From: an uncultured archaeon
GTDB lineage: Archaea > EX4484-52 > JAADEF01
Reading direction: 5' to 3'
Length of the DNA stretch: 64,000 nucleotides
NCBI GenBank assembly: GCA_964407715.1
Contig: CAYOWP010000001.1
Location: forward strand, 32,001-96,000
Shown here piece after piece: positions 10,090 through 20,042 of this stretch (position 1 is the stretch's first letter; each line of letters opens with the position of its first letter). The position numbers were made by a program, and so were the translations under genes. Below the pieces are notes generated by a model, which was given only the letters and a program-made list of their open reading frames with translations, was not told where the DNA came from and did not search any database.

Positions 10090-10178
10090 TTTTATACCTC
10101 TTCAACTCTTATTCTTTAGGGTGACATTAACATCCCTACCCCATTAAGCCACCTCATGCGTAGGCTCAGTGACTATCG

Positions 10179-11507
10179 CTATCCCTTCAATAGCCATTTC
10201 CATAATGGAACAAATCTTATCTTCCCGCGTTTCCTCCGCCACTCCACTTCGCGAGTATCCTCATAATCCCATGTTATCACTGTTAGAGGTACATTATCAC
10301 CAAGCTTTAGTTCTTCTTTAGCATGTAATAAAGCGCGTATCTCTCTTTCAGGTATTTCCTCATAGGAATTTGCATAGCATACCTGCATCAATTCCTTTAT
10401 TTTCATACCTTCCTTAATCAAGAAATCTACCTCATAACCTTCGCGTGTTTCGTAAAAATAATATTCATAGAAAGGATGATTGTTTTGCTGTCTAAGTAAC
10501 TCAACAAATACCAAATTTTCCATTATTCTTTCTTTGCTTAGTTCAAAATTAAAGTAATGTGATAGTCCTAAATCAACAACATAAATCTTCTTTGGCCAAT
10601 TCTTTCTGATATATATTTTCTGAGAATATCTCTCTAAAAAGAAAATACATAATGTATCTTCTATGAGTGATAAATACTCATATAATGTTTTTTTGGATAA
10701 TGGAACTTTTGATTTCAAATAAGATTCCACTTTTGAGATGCTCAATTTTGTTGAATAATTCTGAAAACAAAACTCAAAAAGAAATCTGCTGAGATCTACA
10801 CTTTTAATTTTATGTCTTTCAATAAAATCCTTTAAGAAAATCTCATCAAGGTATGTCTTCAAAATTTTTTTCTTTATTTCTTCTTGATTAGAAATCACAA
10901 CTTCTGGATATCCACCATATTTTATGTATTCTTCTAAAAGTTCAAGTATAGATAACTTTTCTGATAAAGATAAAAAAGGAAACTTCTCTAATAATGATTG
11001 ATCTTTATATTTTATGAATTCTCTAAAACTAAAAGGCAAAAGAAAGTACCATAAAGATCTTCCTCTCAATTGAGTTGCAATTTCTTTGCTTGAAAGTTTA
11101 GAAGATGAGCCAGTAATCACAATGTTATACTCCCTATCAATTAAACTTCTTAAAACAGACTCCCAATCCTTAATCTCTTGAATTTCATCTAATAAGAGTA
11201 AAGAAGGCTCCTTTCCTTTAATTTTTTTAAAAAGAAAGATTATCTCAATTAAGTCCTTAAAACTTATGTTTTTTAAAAACACTTCTTCAAAATTCAAATA
11301 CAATACTTCTTTATCTTTGTATTTATTTAGAAGATAAATCATATAAAAGGTTTTCCCTGCCCTTCTTGGACCAAGCAAAGAAATTATTTTATGTGGTATA
11401 ATTTTTATATTAAGTTCTCTTAATACACCTTCAAATTTTCTTTCTTTTTTTAAATACTCCACGATAATTTCCTTATCTATCATAATATCATATAATGATA
11501 TTTTCAT
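10179..11507 (-). CDS. AAA+ ATPase (AAA_14/DUF4143 family)
   Basis: GPRRAGKT, LLDEIQ, ITGSSS, YGGYPE, EVDF, PLWKWLL. Confidence 0.9.
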   Translation of the reverse strand: MKISLYDIMIDKEIIVEYLKKERKFEGVLRELNIKIIPHKIISLLGPRRAGKTFYMIYLLNKYKDKEVLYLNFEEVFLKNISFKDLIEIIFLFKKIKGKEPSLLLLDEIQEIKDWESVLRSLIDREYNIVITGSSSKLSSKEIATQLRGRSLWYFLLPFSFREFIKYKDQSLLEKFPFLSLSEKLSILELLEEYIKYGGYPEVVISNQEEIKKKILKTYLDEIFLKDFIERHKIKSVDLSRFLFEFCFQNYSTKLSISKVESYLKSKVPLSKKTLYEYLSLIEDTLCIFFLERYSQKIYIRKNWPKKIYVVDLGLSHYFNFELSKERIMENLVFVELLRQQNNHPFYEYYFYETREGYEVDFLIKEGMKIKELMQVCYANSYEEIPEREIRALLHAKEELKLGDNVPLTVITWDYEDTREVEWRRKRGKIRFVPLWKWLLKG

Positions 11508-11560
11508 TTTAAAAAGTTTCTTGAGGAAACTATTTTCATAAATTTTAGTTCCCTAAGGGG

Positions 11561-12499
11561 TCAAAAATTTTTACTTTTATGTAATTCAGAAATTTTTTGC
11601 AAATATTTCTTTATCTCTCTTTTATCTTCATAAAATGTAATAGCAAAATATTTATTATCATCCTTTTTTCTAATATAAAATTCTTCATGCTCTTTCTGGA
11701 GGAGAAGAGGAGCATTATATCCTAAGAATAGACTATCCACTAACCAGTTATCAGTTGCTTCATTAGGTTGTGGAGAAAGTTTAATATAAATCTTTGAAAG
11801 ATTTTCAGCTATGTTTTTTACTCCTACAGATTGAACAAATCTCTTTGCAGTACAATAAGCCTTTTCTAATTCTTTTTTATTTTCATGAAGCTTGTAAAAA
11901 TGATATCTAAGCAATTCTAAATGTTCTGGAAACTTTTCTGGTTCAGCACGACAAAGTCCAAGGAAAGCCAATGGTGCAAGAGAAAACTCGAATTTTGAGC
12001 TATTAACAAGATCTCGAAGATAATCTGCTACTCTATACCCCGAAGACATTTCCGATATAATATATAATCCAATAGGGAACAATTCTTTATCTTTTTCTTC
12101 TTTAATAGTATCACAAGTGATACTTTCAACTATAGCGGGAATAGTTTCAACAGCTTTGACTTCAAGAACTAAAAATAACAGGTACTTTAAAATTTTCTTG
12201 GAAAATTTTTCTTCTGGAATGTTGAGAATAGCAATTTTCAGTCCTTCTCTGAATTTTTTCTTTCCTCTATATGACAGCGATTCATAAATACTCTTTAAAA
12301 TTTCTATCATATCTTCATATTTCTGACTTAAGATATATCTTTGTTGAGATGTTCTTAATTCTGTTACCAGCCATTTACTAATTTCTTTGCTATTCATATT
12401 TTCTATCTTCTTTTTTTCTTCTTTAATGATAATATAATCATATATATCCTTAAGCATGCTATTTTGTTTTTTACCTTCAATTTTTTCTTTAAATTCCAT
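11561..12499 (-). CDS. hypothetical helical protein (degraded paralog at ~62.2-62.7 kb)
   Basis: 312-aa ORF; homology to the pseudogene is seen directly. Confidence 0.75.
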   Translation of the reverse strand: MEFKEKIEGKKQNSMLKDIYDYIIIKEEKKKIENMNSKEISKWLVTELRTSQQRYILSQKYEDMIEILKSIYESLSYRGKKKFREGLKIAILNIPEEKFSKKILKYLLFLVLEVKAVETIPAIVESITCDTIKEEKDKELFPIGLYIISEMSSGYRVADYLRDLVNSSKFEFSLAPLAFLGLCRAEPEKFPEHLELLRYHFYKLHENKKELEKAYCTAKRFVQSVGVKNIAENLSKIYIKLSPQPNEATDNWLVDSLFLGYNAPLLLQKEHEEFYIRKKDDNKYFAITFYEDKREIKKYLQKISELHKSKNF

Positions 12500-12591
12500 T
12501 TTGTTCTCCCTCCTATCTTCATATTAACAAGTTTTTGATATACTGGAAAACCGTTAAATATATATATAAGTTTGAACTATAATATATTTTA

Positions 12592-12651
12592 CTCTTGGTT
12601 CATTTAGAACCAAGAGGGTTCCCCTAGGAAGGTCCTTTATAGGACCTTCCT
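12592..12651. other. two adjacent perfect hairpins (10- and 11-bp stems)
   Basis: CTCTTGGTTC-attta-GAACCAAGAG; AGGAAGGTCCT-ttat-AGGACCTTCCT. Confidence 0.7.
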
Positions 12652-12707
12652 TTATGCTCTTTCTATTATACAATAATTTTAAAATTTTTAGTCTTATATT
12701 TGACTAT

Positions 12708-13763
12708 ATGAAAAAATTTAAGAGATGTGTACTTTATGAGAAATTGGAAAATAAGAAAGTGAGATGTTTCGCATGTAGGCATAGATGTGTAATCAATGAG
12801 AATCACACAGGTATTTGTGGTGTAAGAGCGAATTTTTCTGGTGATCTCTATCTCATAGTGCATTCTAAACCTTCAGCATATCACATAGATCCCATAGAGA
12901 AAAAACCTTTCTATCACTTTCTACCATCAGAACAAGCATTATCCTTAGGTACAGTAGGATGTAATTTTAGATGTGCATGGTGTCAAAATCATGATTTGAG
13001 CCAAGGAATTAAGGAATACTCTATGTTTAATGCAGAAAAGGCAGTGAAATTTTTAGAGCACAATTCATTTGAAGGTTTAGAACCAGAGAGGATTGTTGAA
13101 GATGCTATTAATTTTGGAGTGAAAATAATAGCATATACATATAATGAGCCTACGATATGGATGGAGTATGCGATAGATATTGCGAAACTTGCGAAAAAGG
13201 AAGGTATAAAAAATGTATTTGTTTCATCAGGATATGAGAGCGAGGAAGGATTAAAGTTTATCTCGCGCTACATAGATGCCTTTAACATTGATCTCAAGGC
13301 ATTTAGAGATGAAACCTACAGGAAATACATAGGAGCAACATTAGATGGTGTGTTAAAAACCATAAAGGAGATAAAGAAAAAAGGAAAATGGTTGGAGATA
13401 ACAACACTTTTGATACCTGATATAAATGATAGCATTGAGGAAATAGAGGAGATAGCAGATTTTATATGTTCAATAGATAAAGATATTCCTTGGCATATAT
13501 CAAGATTTTTTCCACATTATAAGATAACAAACAAACCTCCAACACCAATATCTAAATTAGTAAAAGCAAGAGAAATAGGAATAGAACATGGTTTAAGACA
13601 TGTGTATTTGGGCAATATTATCGATAAAAAATATGAGAGCACATACTGCCCAGAATGCAAGAATATAGTAATAGAGAGAGAGGGATATTTTGTAAAGAAC
13701 TACCTTGATGAAAACGGAAAATGCCCTTATTGTGGTTATAAAATAAAAGGAGTTTGGAAATAA
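12708..13763 (+). CDS. amrS: AmmeMemoRadiSam system radical SAM enzyme
   Basis: N-terminal CxxCxxxC, DPIEKKP, GCNFRCAWCQN, YTYNEP, C-terminal CPxC pairs. Confidence 0.9.
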   Translation: MKKFKRCVLYEKLENKKVRCFACRHRCVINENHTGICGVRANFSGDLYLIVHSKPSAYHIDPIEKKPFYHFLPSEQALSLGTVGCNFRCAWCQNHDLSQGIKEYSMFNAEKAVKFLEHNSFEGLEPERIVEDAINFGVKIIAYTYNEPTIWMEYAIDIAKLAKKEGIKNVFVSSGYESEEGLKFISRYIDAFNIDLKAFRDETYRKYIGATLDGVLKTIKEIKKKGKWLEITTLLIPDINDSIEEIEEIADFICSIDKDIPWHISRFFPHYKITNKPPTPISKLVKAREIGIEHGLRHVYLGNIIDKKYESTYCPECKNIVIEREGYFVKNYLDENGKCPYCGYKIKGVWK

Positions 13764-13770
13764 AAATCTC

Positions 13771-14172
13771 CTATCTTTTTACTTCCTTTACCACATATAT
13801 ATCTCCTTTTTCATCTCTAGCACCAACTCCAATCGTATCAAGACCGTCTATCACTGGAATATCTTGAAATACCTTTCTAAGAGAAAAGCTACCTGCTGCA
13901 CATCCAAGAGAGACAATAGCATCAATATCTCCTTCTAAGTTTATTTGCTTTTTTATCATATCTATATCGCACATTATTGGAATAACATTTTTGTATGCTA
14001 TATTAAAACCCTCTTTCTTTAAAGCCTCACTAACCTCTTCTAATCCTTTATCTCCACCAGTACCACATATCCTTGCACAAGCGTTACATGCGATTACAGC
14101 AATTCTTTTGGCATTTATTTCCTCTAATTGTGCCTTTATTACGCCGAGAGGTTTTCTGTCGGTTACTATCAT
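13771..14172 (-). CDS. Cys-rich small protein resembling the N-terminal part of MetV (MTHFR C-terminal-domain family)
   Basis: CNACARICGTGG, MC, LGCAAG cysteine pattern. Confidence 0.55.
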   Translation of the reverse strand: MIVTDRKPLGVIKAQLEEINAKRIAVIACNACARICGTGGDKGLEEVSEALKKEGFNIAYKNVIPIMCDIDMIKKQINLEGDIDAIVSLGCAAGSFSLRKVFQDIPVIDGLDTIGVGARDEKGDIYVVKEVKR

Positions 14173-14241
14173 AATCTCACCTCACATAATTATTATAAAA
14201 TCTTAAAATTATATATAATTTAATTTTGTTTTTATAGGGTG

Positions 14242-14375
14242 AGCATTGTCCAATAATGTGTTTTGAGAAATTTTGTTAACGGGAAACATAGCTATATTTA
14301 AAGGATTAAACTGCTATAAGTGTTATTTGCGCGTTAAGTTTCCACTTAACAAATGGAGGATTATTGGACAATGCC
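14242..14375. mobile_element. MITE-like element, perfect 15-bp TIR, 9-bp TSD (1 mismatch)
   Basis: GCATTGTCCAATAAT 14243-14257 / ATTATTGGACAATGC 14360-14374; TATAGGGTG 14233-14241 vs TATAAGGTG 14376-14384. Confidence 0.85.
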
Positions 14376-14391
14376 TATAAGGTGCAAATTT

Positions 14392-15375
14392 ATGGTAACA
14401 TCCATAGAAAAGAGTATAAATCACTTTGTAGATTATTTCAAAGAAGCGTTTGAGATGTATAAAAACATAGATGTGGAAGATATTAAAAACAAATTCTCTT
14501 CAAATAAAGAGATTATCATTTGTGGTATGGGAGGTTCTGGAATAGCAGGCATGATTGTTGAGCGTTTATTCGAAGATAAAAATATCATAGGAATGACAAC
14601 AGATGAAATACCTAGCAAATATAAAGACGCAAATTTTATATTGGTCAGCTATTCTGGGAATACACATGAGGTATTAAATGCGTTTGATAAATATAAAAAT
14701 AATGTAGTGTGTGCTATAACAACAGGAGGTAAATTAAAAGAAAAATGTGAAAACAATGGAATAAAAGCTTTTGAATTACCTTCGGGATTTATCCCCAGAA
14801 GTACATTACCCCATATGATCGTATTGCTCTCTTATATTCTTAATAGACTAGGCGTAATTTCTGAATCAGACATAGAGAAAATAAGGGAAGCTATTAATGA
14901 ACTTGAAGTTGTGAAAGATATGCTTTTGAATAATGCTAAAGAGATTGCAAAAAACATAAATCATGATGATATTTTAGTATTTCTTACATCCTATACCTTA
15001 TATCCTGCAGCATACCGAACAAAAACTCAAATAAATGAAACTTGCAAAATGCATTCATATGCAGAGTTTTTTTCTGAGCATAATCACAATAGTATAATGG
15101 CTATAAAGCAACATGTTAAAAATGTTTTCTATGTAATATATAAAGATCCATTTGATAATCAACTCAAAAAAAGGTTTGAGTTCTTTATTAACAAACTTAG
15201 AGGATTTAGATATAGATATGTGGATATAGAGATAGAGGCAAAAAGCAGAGAAATGGCTATGCTATCATATATACTATATGGAGATTATTTAAGCGTTGAA
15301 ATAGCAAAAAGGTTTAATATAGATATGGAAACAGGAGATATTATCAAGGAGTTAAAAGAATTTTTGAATGGATAA
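14392..15375 (+). CDS. bifunctional phosphoglucose/phosphomannose isomerase (SIS)
   Basis: CGMGGSG, SYSGNT.E, TGGKL, PR, QINE, EHNHN; ORF-track start at 14353 lies inside the MITE. Confidence 0.9.
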   Translation: MVTSIEKSINHFVDYFKEAFEMYKNIDVEDIKNKFSSNKEIIICGMGGSGIAGMIVERLFEDKNIIGMTTDEIPSKYKDANFILVSYSGNTHEVLNAFDKYKNNVVCAITTGGKLKEKCENNGIKAFELPSGFIPRSTLPHMIVLLSYILNRLGVISESDIEKIREAINELEVVKDMLLNNAKEIAKNINHDDILVFLTSYTLYPAAYRTKTQINETCKMHSYAEFFSEHNHNSIMAIKQHVKNVFYVIYKDPFDNQLKKRFEFFINKLRGFRYRYVDIEIEAKSREMAMLSYILYGDYLSVEIAKRFNIDMETGDIIKELKEFLNG

Positions 15376-15713
15376 ATATTTGATTAACCTAAAAATTGCT
15401 CTCAAAAAGGATAGTGTGCTATGATATGCTTTTTGGGATATTTAATCTTTCAAGTTTTACTAATAGAAAGCTATTGGACGATGTTCATTTTTGAAAGGAA
15501 GAATAGAAGAACTGGGGCGTTATAATAAAAATTTTGAAGGATATATCATAAAGATAGATAACATCGCCTCTTTTATTTCTCCTAAATTAAAGGATTTCTT
15601 ATGGAGAAGAGGAGAGAAATATAGAGATATTGACCCTCGAATACCATATAACTATAAAAGATATGGAAATGAGCTAAATGAAATCTATTGGAAAATTCTA
15701 TCTGAAAAGAAAT

Positions 15714-15979
15714 ATTCTTCTGTTAACCAAAAATAAAAAATGGTTAAAGGGAAGCATAGCCTATTCATTTGGCATGTTGAAGCAACTAACCTTTCATAGA
15801 GGTTAGCATGCTGTAATGTGCCTTGTAGAAGGGATATTCTTCCGTTAACCTTTTATTTTAAATAAAAAATGGTTGGGTGAAACATAACTTCTTAAGAGAG
15901 TATGTAACAGCAGCTAACCTGCTTAGAAAGGTTAGCTGTCTTGATATTCTGAATGAAGGGAGTAGCCTTTTCGTTAACC
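15714..15979. repeat. Palindromic repeat array: end fragment, units 15742-15850 and 15871-15979
   Basis: Same nested palindrome; linker TTTTATTTTAAATAAAAAAT. Confidence 0.9.
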
Positions 15980-16001
15980 TTTTTCATCAAATTTTTTGAT
16001 G

Positions 16002-16868
16002 TTAGGATAAAAGTTCATCTATCATGGCCTCGCATAGATCTCTTAGAAGTCTTACTGGTTCTGTGGTGTAGGAGTATTTTGTTTTTCTCAATTTTATATT
16101 CAATTTTTTTAAATCTTGGGTTATTGAAGAAAGCTCCTTAATATTTCTGTATGTATAGTATTGTACAGCTAAGGAAAACTTTTCTTCTAATATTTGAAGT
16201 ATGGTACTTATAGTTTCTTTATCTTTTTTTGAAAGTCTTTTTAACTCTCCTATATTTATGAGAGAATCTGCCATGTTTTCTATTATGGTTGCATATCTTG
16301 AGAGATATTCATTTGGATAGAGTCTCATTGAAAGATAATAGTATTTATCAACCTCTTTGTCCATTTCATCCATTTGCGAAAGTTTCTTTTTAGAGAATTT
16401 TGTGGTAATGCTATCACGTGAAATTTTCAAAAACCATTCTACCAAATAAAAGAGATGATATAAGATTTTGTGCCTGCTGAGTGAATATTCATCTGTTATA
16501 AAAAATATCTCCAATTCCTTCTGAGATGGTTTATATTCTATAAAACTTCCAAATAGACATTCTTCAACGAATTTTTTTATCTCAGGAAGTTTTTCTTTGG
16601 TTAGATTCGTAAGTACTATTTTGTCTATATTTCTTATATAAGCGCCTATTATTATCTGCTCTATTAAATGTTTTGGATATTTTTCAACATTCTTTTCTAT
16701 TTTTGTTTTTTCCATATCCTTTGGTTTTATTATAAGAAAGTTATTGAAATCCTCAATTAACACATCTTCATTTTTTTGTAAACTACATTTTCTGATCCAA
16801 TCTATAGGTAAACTTACGGTGTATGTGGTTTTACTTGTCTTTTGAATTTTTCTTTCATATTTTATCAT
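16002..16868 (-). CDS. AbrB/PhoU-type phosphate uptake regulator
   Basis: RKIQKT..TYTVSLP.DW N-terminus; D.EVDKYY, IENMAD. Confidence 0.8.
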   Translation of the reverse strand: MIKYERKIQKTSKTTYTVSLPIDWIRKCSLQKNEDVLIEDFNNFLIIKPKDMEKTKIEKNVEKYPKHLIEQIIIGAYIRNIDKIVLTNLTKEKLPEIKKFVEECLFGSFIEYKPSQKELEIFFITDEYSLSRHKILYHLFYLVEWFLKISRDSITTKFSKKKLSQMDEMDKEVDKYYYLSMRLYPNEYLSRYATIIENMADSLINIGELKRLSKKDKETISTILQILEEKFSLAVQYYTYRNIKELSSITQDLKKLNIKLRKTKYSYTTEPVRLLRDLCEAMIDELLS

Positions 16869-16956
16869 TTTATCACCTTCTTAATGTGGGTATATACATG
16901 TATATACATAAAAAACATAACATTTAAATAATTTATTGATATGTTATTATATCCTT

Positions 16957-17292
16957 ATGGTAGAAAAAAGAGACGTGATTAAGGAAATCTCTGAATATGA
17001 AAAGAAGGCGAGGGAGATTGTAGAAAAAGCAAAGAAGGATGCTTCTAAGGAAATAGCGAGATATGAGGAAAACTTAAAGAAAAGAAGAGAAAAAATGAAG
17101 AAGGAGTGTGATGAGAGGCTTGAAAGATATGAAAAAGAGAGATATAAAGATATAGAAAGAAAAATAAAAGAGTATAAAAAGAAGATGGATAAAGAAATAA
17201 AAACATTTAGAGCATTGCTCGATTCAAATTCTGAAAAAATTAAGAAAAGTCTTTCCTCGATTATATTAGAAACTCTTAAAGAAATTCAATGA
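16957..17292 (+). CDS. atpH: A/V-type ATP synthase subunit H (G)
   Basis: Charged helical protein heading the ATPase operon. Confidence 0.7.
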   Translation: MVEKRDVIKEISEYEKKAREIVEKAKKDASKEIARYEENLKKRREKMKKECDERLERYEKERYKDIERKIKEYKKKMDKEIKTFRALLDSNSEKIKKSLSSIILETLKEIQ

Positions 17293-17311
17293 GATATTTT
17301 GGTGATCTTCA

Positions 17312-19195
17312 ATGATTATACCTGAGAAAATGTGTAGGGTAACAATCATTGGATTAAAAGATAATATGAATAAAATTATAAATTATTTATATGCAAACTC
17401 TGTTATGCATTTAGAAAAGGTTAAAGTTGAGGGAAAAAGCATATCTCTTGCGGATGATGAATTAAGATATTTGGATTTGGATTCTAAGATAAATTCTTTA
17501 TTCTCAAATTTAGAGAAGGTTATAGAGATAAAGGAGCCTAAAACTTTTAAGAGAATAAATGATAAAGAATTGAAAAAAGGAGAGAAATTAATTGAAAGAT
17601 TTGCAAATTTATTTAGGGAACTTGATGAAATGGAAAAAGAGATGTCTTGTTTGAAAGAAGATTATGAAATCATCAATTTATTGGTTAGGATGGGCATCTC
17701 AGATTTGGGATATATGAAAGACATAGTGAAGCATCTTATTGTTGTTGGAACAATTTCCAAGGATAAAACATCAAAATTTATAGATACATTAACATACCTC
17801 AAAAAGAAGGAAAATATAGAGGTGTATCTAAAAAGAGGAAGGAACAGGGATTATGCTTTAGTTATTACACTAAAAGATAATCCTTACATAGGAGAGATCT
17901 TTTCATTGATGGATACTCATTATATCTTAGAGGAAGTATATAAAAGGTTTAAAACTAAACAAAGAAATGTACAAGCGTTGTTCAAGGAGATTTCAAATAA
18001 AATCTCAAGAATTGAAGAGAAATATAAAAGAACTCTTTCTGAGATTTGTATGCTATATAATAGTAATAAAGAACTGCTTTGGAATATGAGATATGACCTC
18101 GCTAATAAAGTAAACAAGATTAGAGGTTATGATAAGTTCAAAGAAAGGGAATATGTATACATCATTAAAGGATATATTCCTTCAAACAGAACAAAAAGCA
18201 TAATTAACGGAATAAAAAAAATAGATCCAAATGTAATGATAGAGATTGAGGAAATAGATGAAGGCGATGCTCCTGTGAGCTTAAAATATCCAAAGATTCT
18301 TAAAGGCATACATTTTCTCCTTGAGGCATATGGTTTACCGGCATATGGATATATAGATCCAAGCATCATTATGCTCTTTACTTTTCCTTTGTTTTACGGA
18401 TTTATATTGGGGGATATTGGATATGGTCTTTCTTTGCTTATTGCTTCTCTACTTCTTCGCAGAGTTATTAAATCTCAAGGCATAAAACTCTTAAGTAATG
18501 TTTTAATTTTGTCATCGATTTCTTCTATTATTTTTGGAATAATTTTTGGGGAGTTCTTTGGTGCTGAAGAAATTTTTGGATATAAAATGCATCCTTTGCT
18601 ACATAGAATGCATGAGATAAATGAGTTAATCATCATAAGCATAGTTATTGGAGTTCTTCACATAAATATGGGTTTGATTCTTGGAGTTATTCAGGATATC
18701 ATTCATAAAAAATATCTTCATGCATTAACACATAGAATTAGTTGGATGCTTCTTCAGTGTGGTGTTGCATGTCTAGGTTATGGGTATTATAGCAATATTT
18801 CTTTATATGTTCTTATGGGATATTTTCTCTTGATTTTTGGAATTGGAATGATTTATTATGCAGAGAAATTGAAAGGTATATTTGAGTTGCCTAGTATTTT
18901 CACTAACATTCTTTCGTATGTTAGGTTGGGTGCTGTTGGGTTGAGCTCTGTTTCAATTGCTTATGTTATTAATCTTTTTGTTGAGATGTTCTTTGAAAAA
19001 CATGCATTGTGGGGATATCTTATTGGCATGCTTATCTTTTTGATAGGACATGTTTTTAATCTTATATTAGGTGTTATTGGTCCTTTTCTTCACAGTTTAA
19101 GGTTGCATTATGTTGAGTTCTTTACAAAGTTTTATAAATCAGGTGGTGAAAAGTATACTCCTTATGGGTGGATAAAATACTTGAACACAAAATGA
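17312..19195 (+). CDS. atpI: A/V-type ATP synthase subunit I
   Basis: GDIGYG, LSYVRL, HSLRLHYVEFF. Confidence 0.95.
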   Translation: MIIPEKMCRVTIIGLKDNMNKIINYLYANSVMHLEKVKVEGKSISLADDELRYLDLDSKINSLFSNLEKVIEIKEPKTFKRINDKELKKGEKLIERFANLFRELDEMEKEMSCLKEDYEIINLLVRMGISDLGYMKDIVKHLIVVGTISKDKTSKFIDTLTYLKKKENIEVYLKRGRNRDYALVITLKDNPYIGEIFSLMDTHYILEEVYKRFKTKQRNVQALFKEISNKISRIEEKYKRTLSEICMLYNSNKELLWNMRYDLANKVNKIRGYDKFKEREYVYIIKGYIPSNRTKSIINGIKKIDPNVMIEIEEIDEGDAPVSLKYPKILKGIHFLLEAYGLPAYGYIDPSIIMLFTFPLFYGFILGDIGYGLSLLIASLLLRRVIKSQGIKLLSNVLILSSISSIIFGIIFGEFFGAEEIFGYKMHPLLHRMHEINELIIISIVIGVLHINMGLILGVIQDIIHKKYLHALTHRISWMLLQCGVACLGYGYYSNISLYVLMGYFLLIFGIGMIYYAEKLKGIFELPSIFTNILSYVRLGAVGLSSVSIAYVINLFVEMFFEKHALWGYLIGMLIFLIGHVFNLILGVIGPFLHSLRLHYVEFFTKFYKSGGEKYTPYGWIKYLNTK

Positions 19196-19217
19196 TGTCT
19201 TTTAGGAGGTGTTTTGT

Positions 19218-19439
19218 ATGGTAGAGGAGATTGGAATGAAAGCATTGGCTGCTTCATTAGCGCTGGGTATAAGTGCTTTGGGAAGTGGTATTGCAGAAGC
19301 AAAGATAGGTGCATCTGCTGTTGCCGCTATGGCAGAGGATGAGAAATTCTTTGGAAAGGGATTGTTGATGACTGTGATTCCTGAAACATTGGCAATATTT
19401 GGTTTTGCAGTAGCGTTGTTAATATTGTTTGTGATGTAG
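19218..19439 (+). CDS. atpK: A/V-type ATP synthase subunit K (c)
   Basis: Two TM helices, IPETLAIFG. Confidence 0.95.
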   Translation: MVEEIGMKALAASLALGISALGSGIAEAKIGASAVAAMAEDEKFFGKGLLMTVIPETLAIFGFAVALLILFVM

Positions 19440-19496
19440 CAGTAGAGATTTATTTTTTGATTTTGTTTCATTAATATGTCATTTGTGGTGATGATA

Positions 19497-20042
19497 ATGA
19501 ATAAAGGAGAAAGGTTAAAAGAAATCATATTGCTAAAGGCTGAGAAAGAAGCATTAAAGATTGAGGAAGACATTAAGAGAGAGATAAGTGAAAGAAAGAA
19601 GAAAGATGAGAAGGAGCTTAAAAAAGAGATGAAAGATTATGAGGAATCAAAAAAGAGAGAGATTGATAAAAGGATTGAGGAGGAATATTACAGAAGAATT
19701 TATGAAATAAAAAAATCTGTTAATCTAGAGAAAAAGAGATATGTTGAGGAGAAAATTGAAGAAATTTTGGGAGAGGTATTGAATATAAAAGATAAAGACA
19801 AAAGGAAGATATATGAGGAGATGAGAAGAATAATAGAAAGTTCATCGTTAAGAAATCCTGTAATTGTTTATCCTGAAAAAGATAAGGAAATTGTTGAGGA
19901 TGTCTTTCAAGGATATCAATTGAGATCCTCAAATGAAATAAAATTTGGTGTTATGGCTGTTGAGAAGAATGAAATCATAGATTTATCATTAACAGGAATA
20001 AGGGAGATTTTAGATGAGAAGATAAAGGCGATGTTAATATGA
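19497..20042 (+). CDS. atpE: A/V-type ATP synthase subunit E
   Basis: Operon position, coiled coil plus C-terminal FGV..ID.S. Confidence 0.8.
   Translation: MNKGERLKEIILLKAEKEALKIEEDIKREISERKKKDEKELKKEMKDYEESKKREIDKRIEEEYYRRIYEIKKSVNLEKKRYVEEKIEEILGEVLNIKDKDKRKIYEEMRRIIESSSLRNPVIVYPEKDKEIVEDVFQGYQLRSSNEIKFGVMAVEKNEIIDLSLTGIREILDEKIKAMLI

Noticed and set aside
10118-10178. GC-richer stretch with weak hairpins downstream of the AAA ATPase
   Set aside because: Stems are only 4-5 bp and there is no second copy; cannot support an RNA call.
15491-15736. 81-aa ORF and a possible degenerate MITE end near 15471-15484
   Set aside because: Non-ATG start, stop supplied by the repeat array, and weak similarity; may be a remnant but is unsupported.
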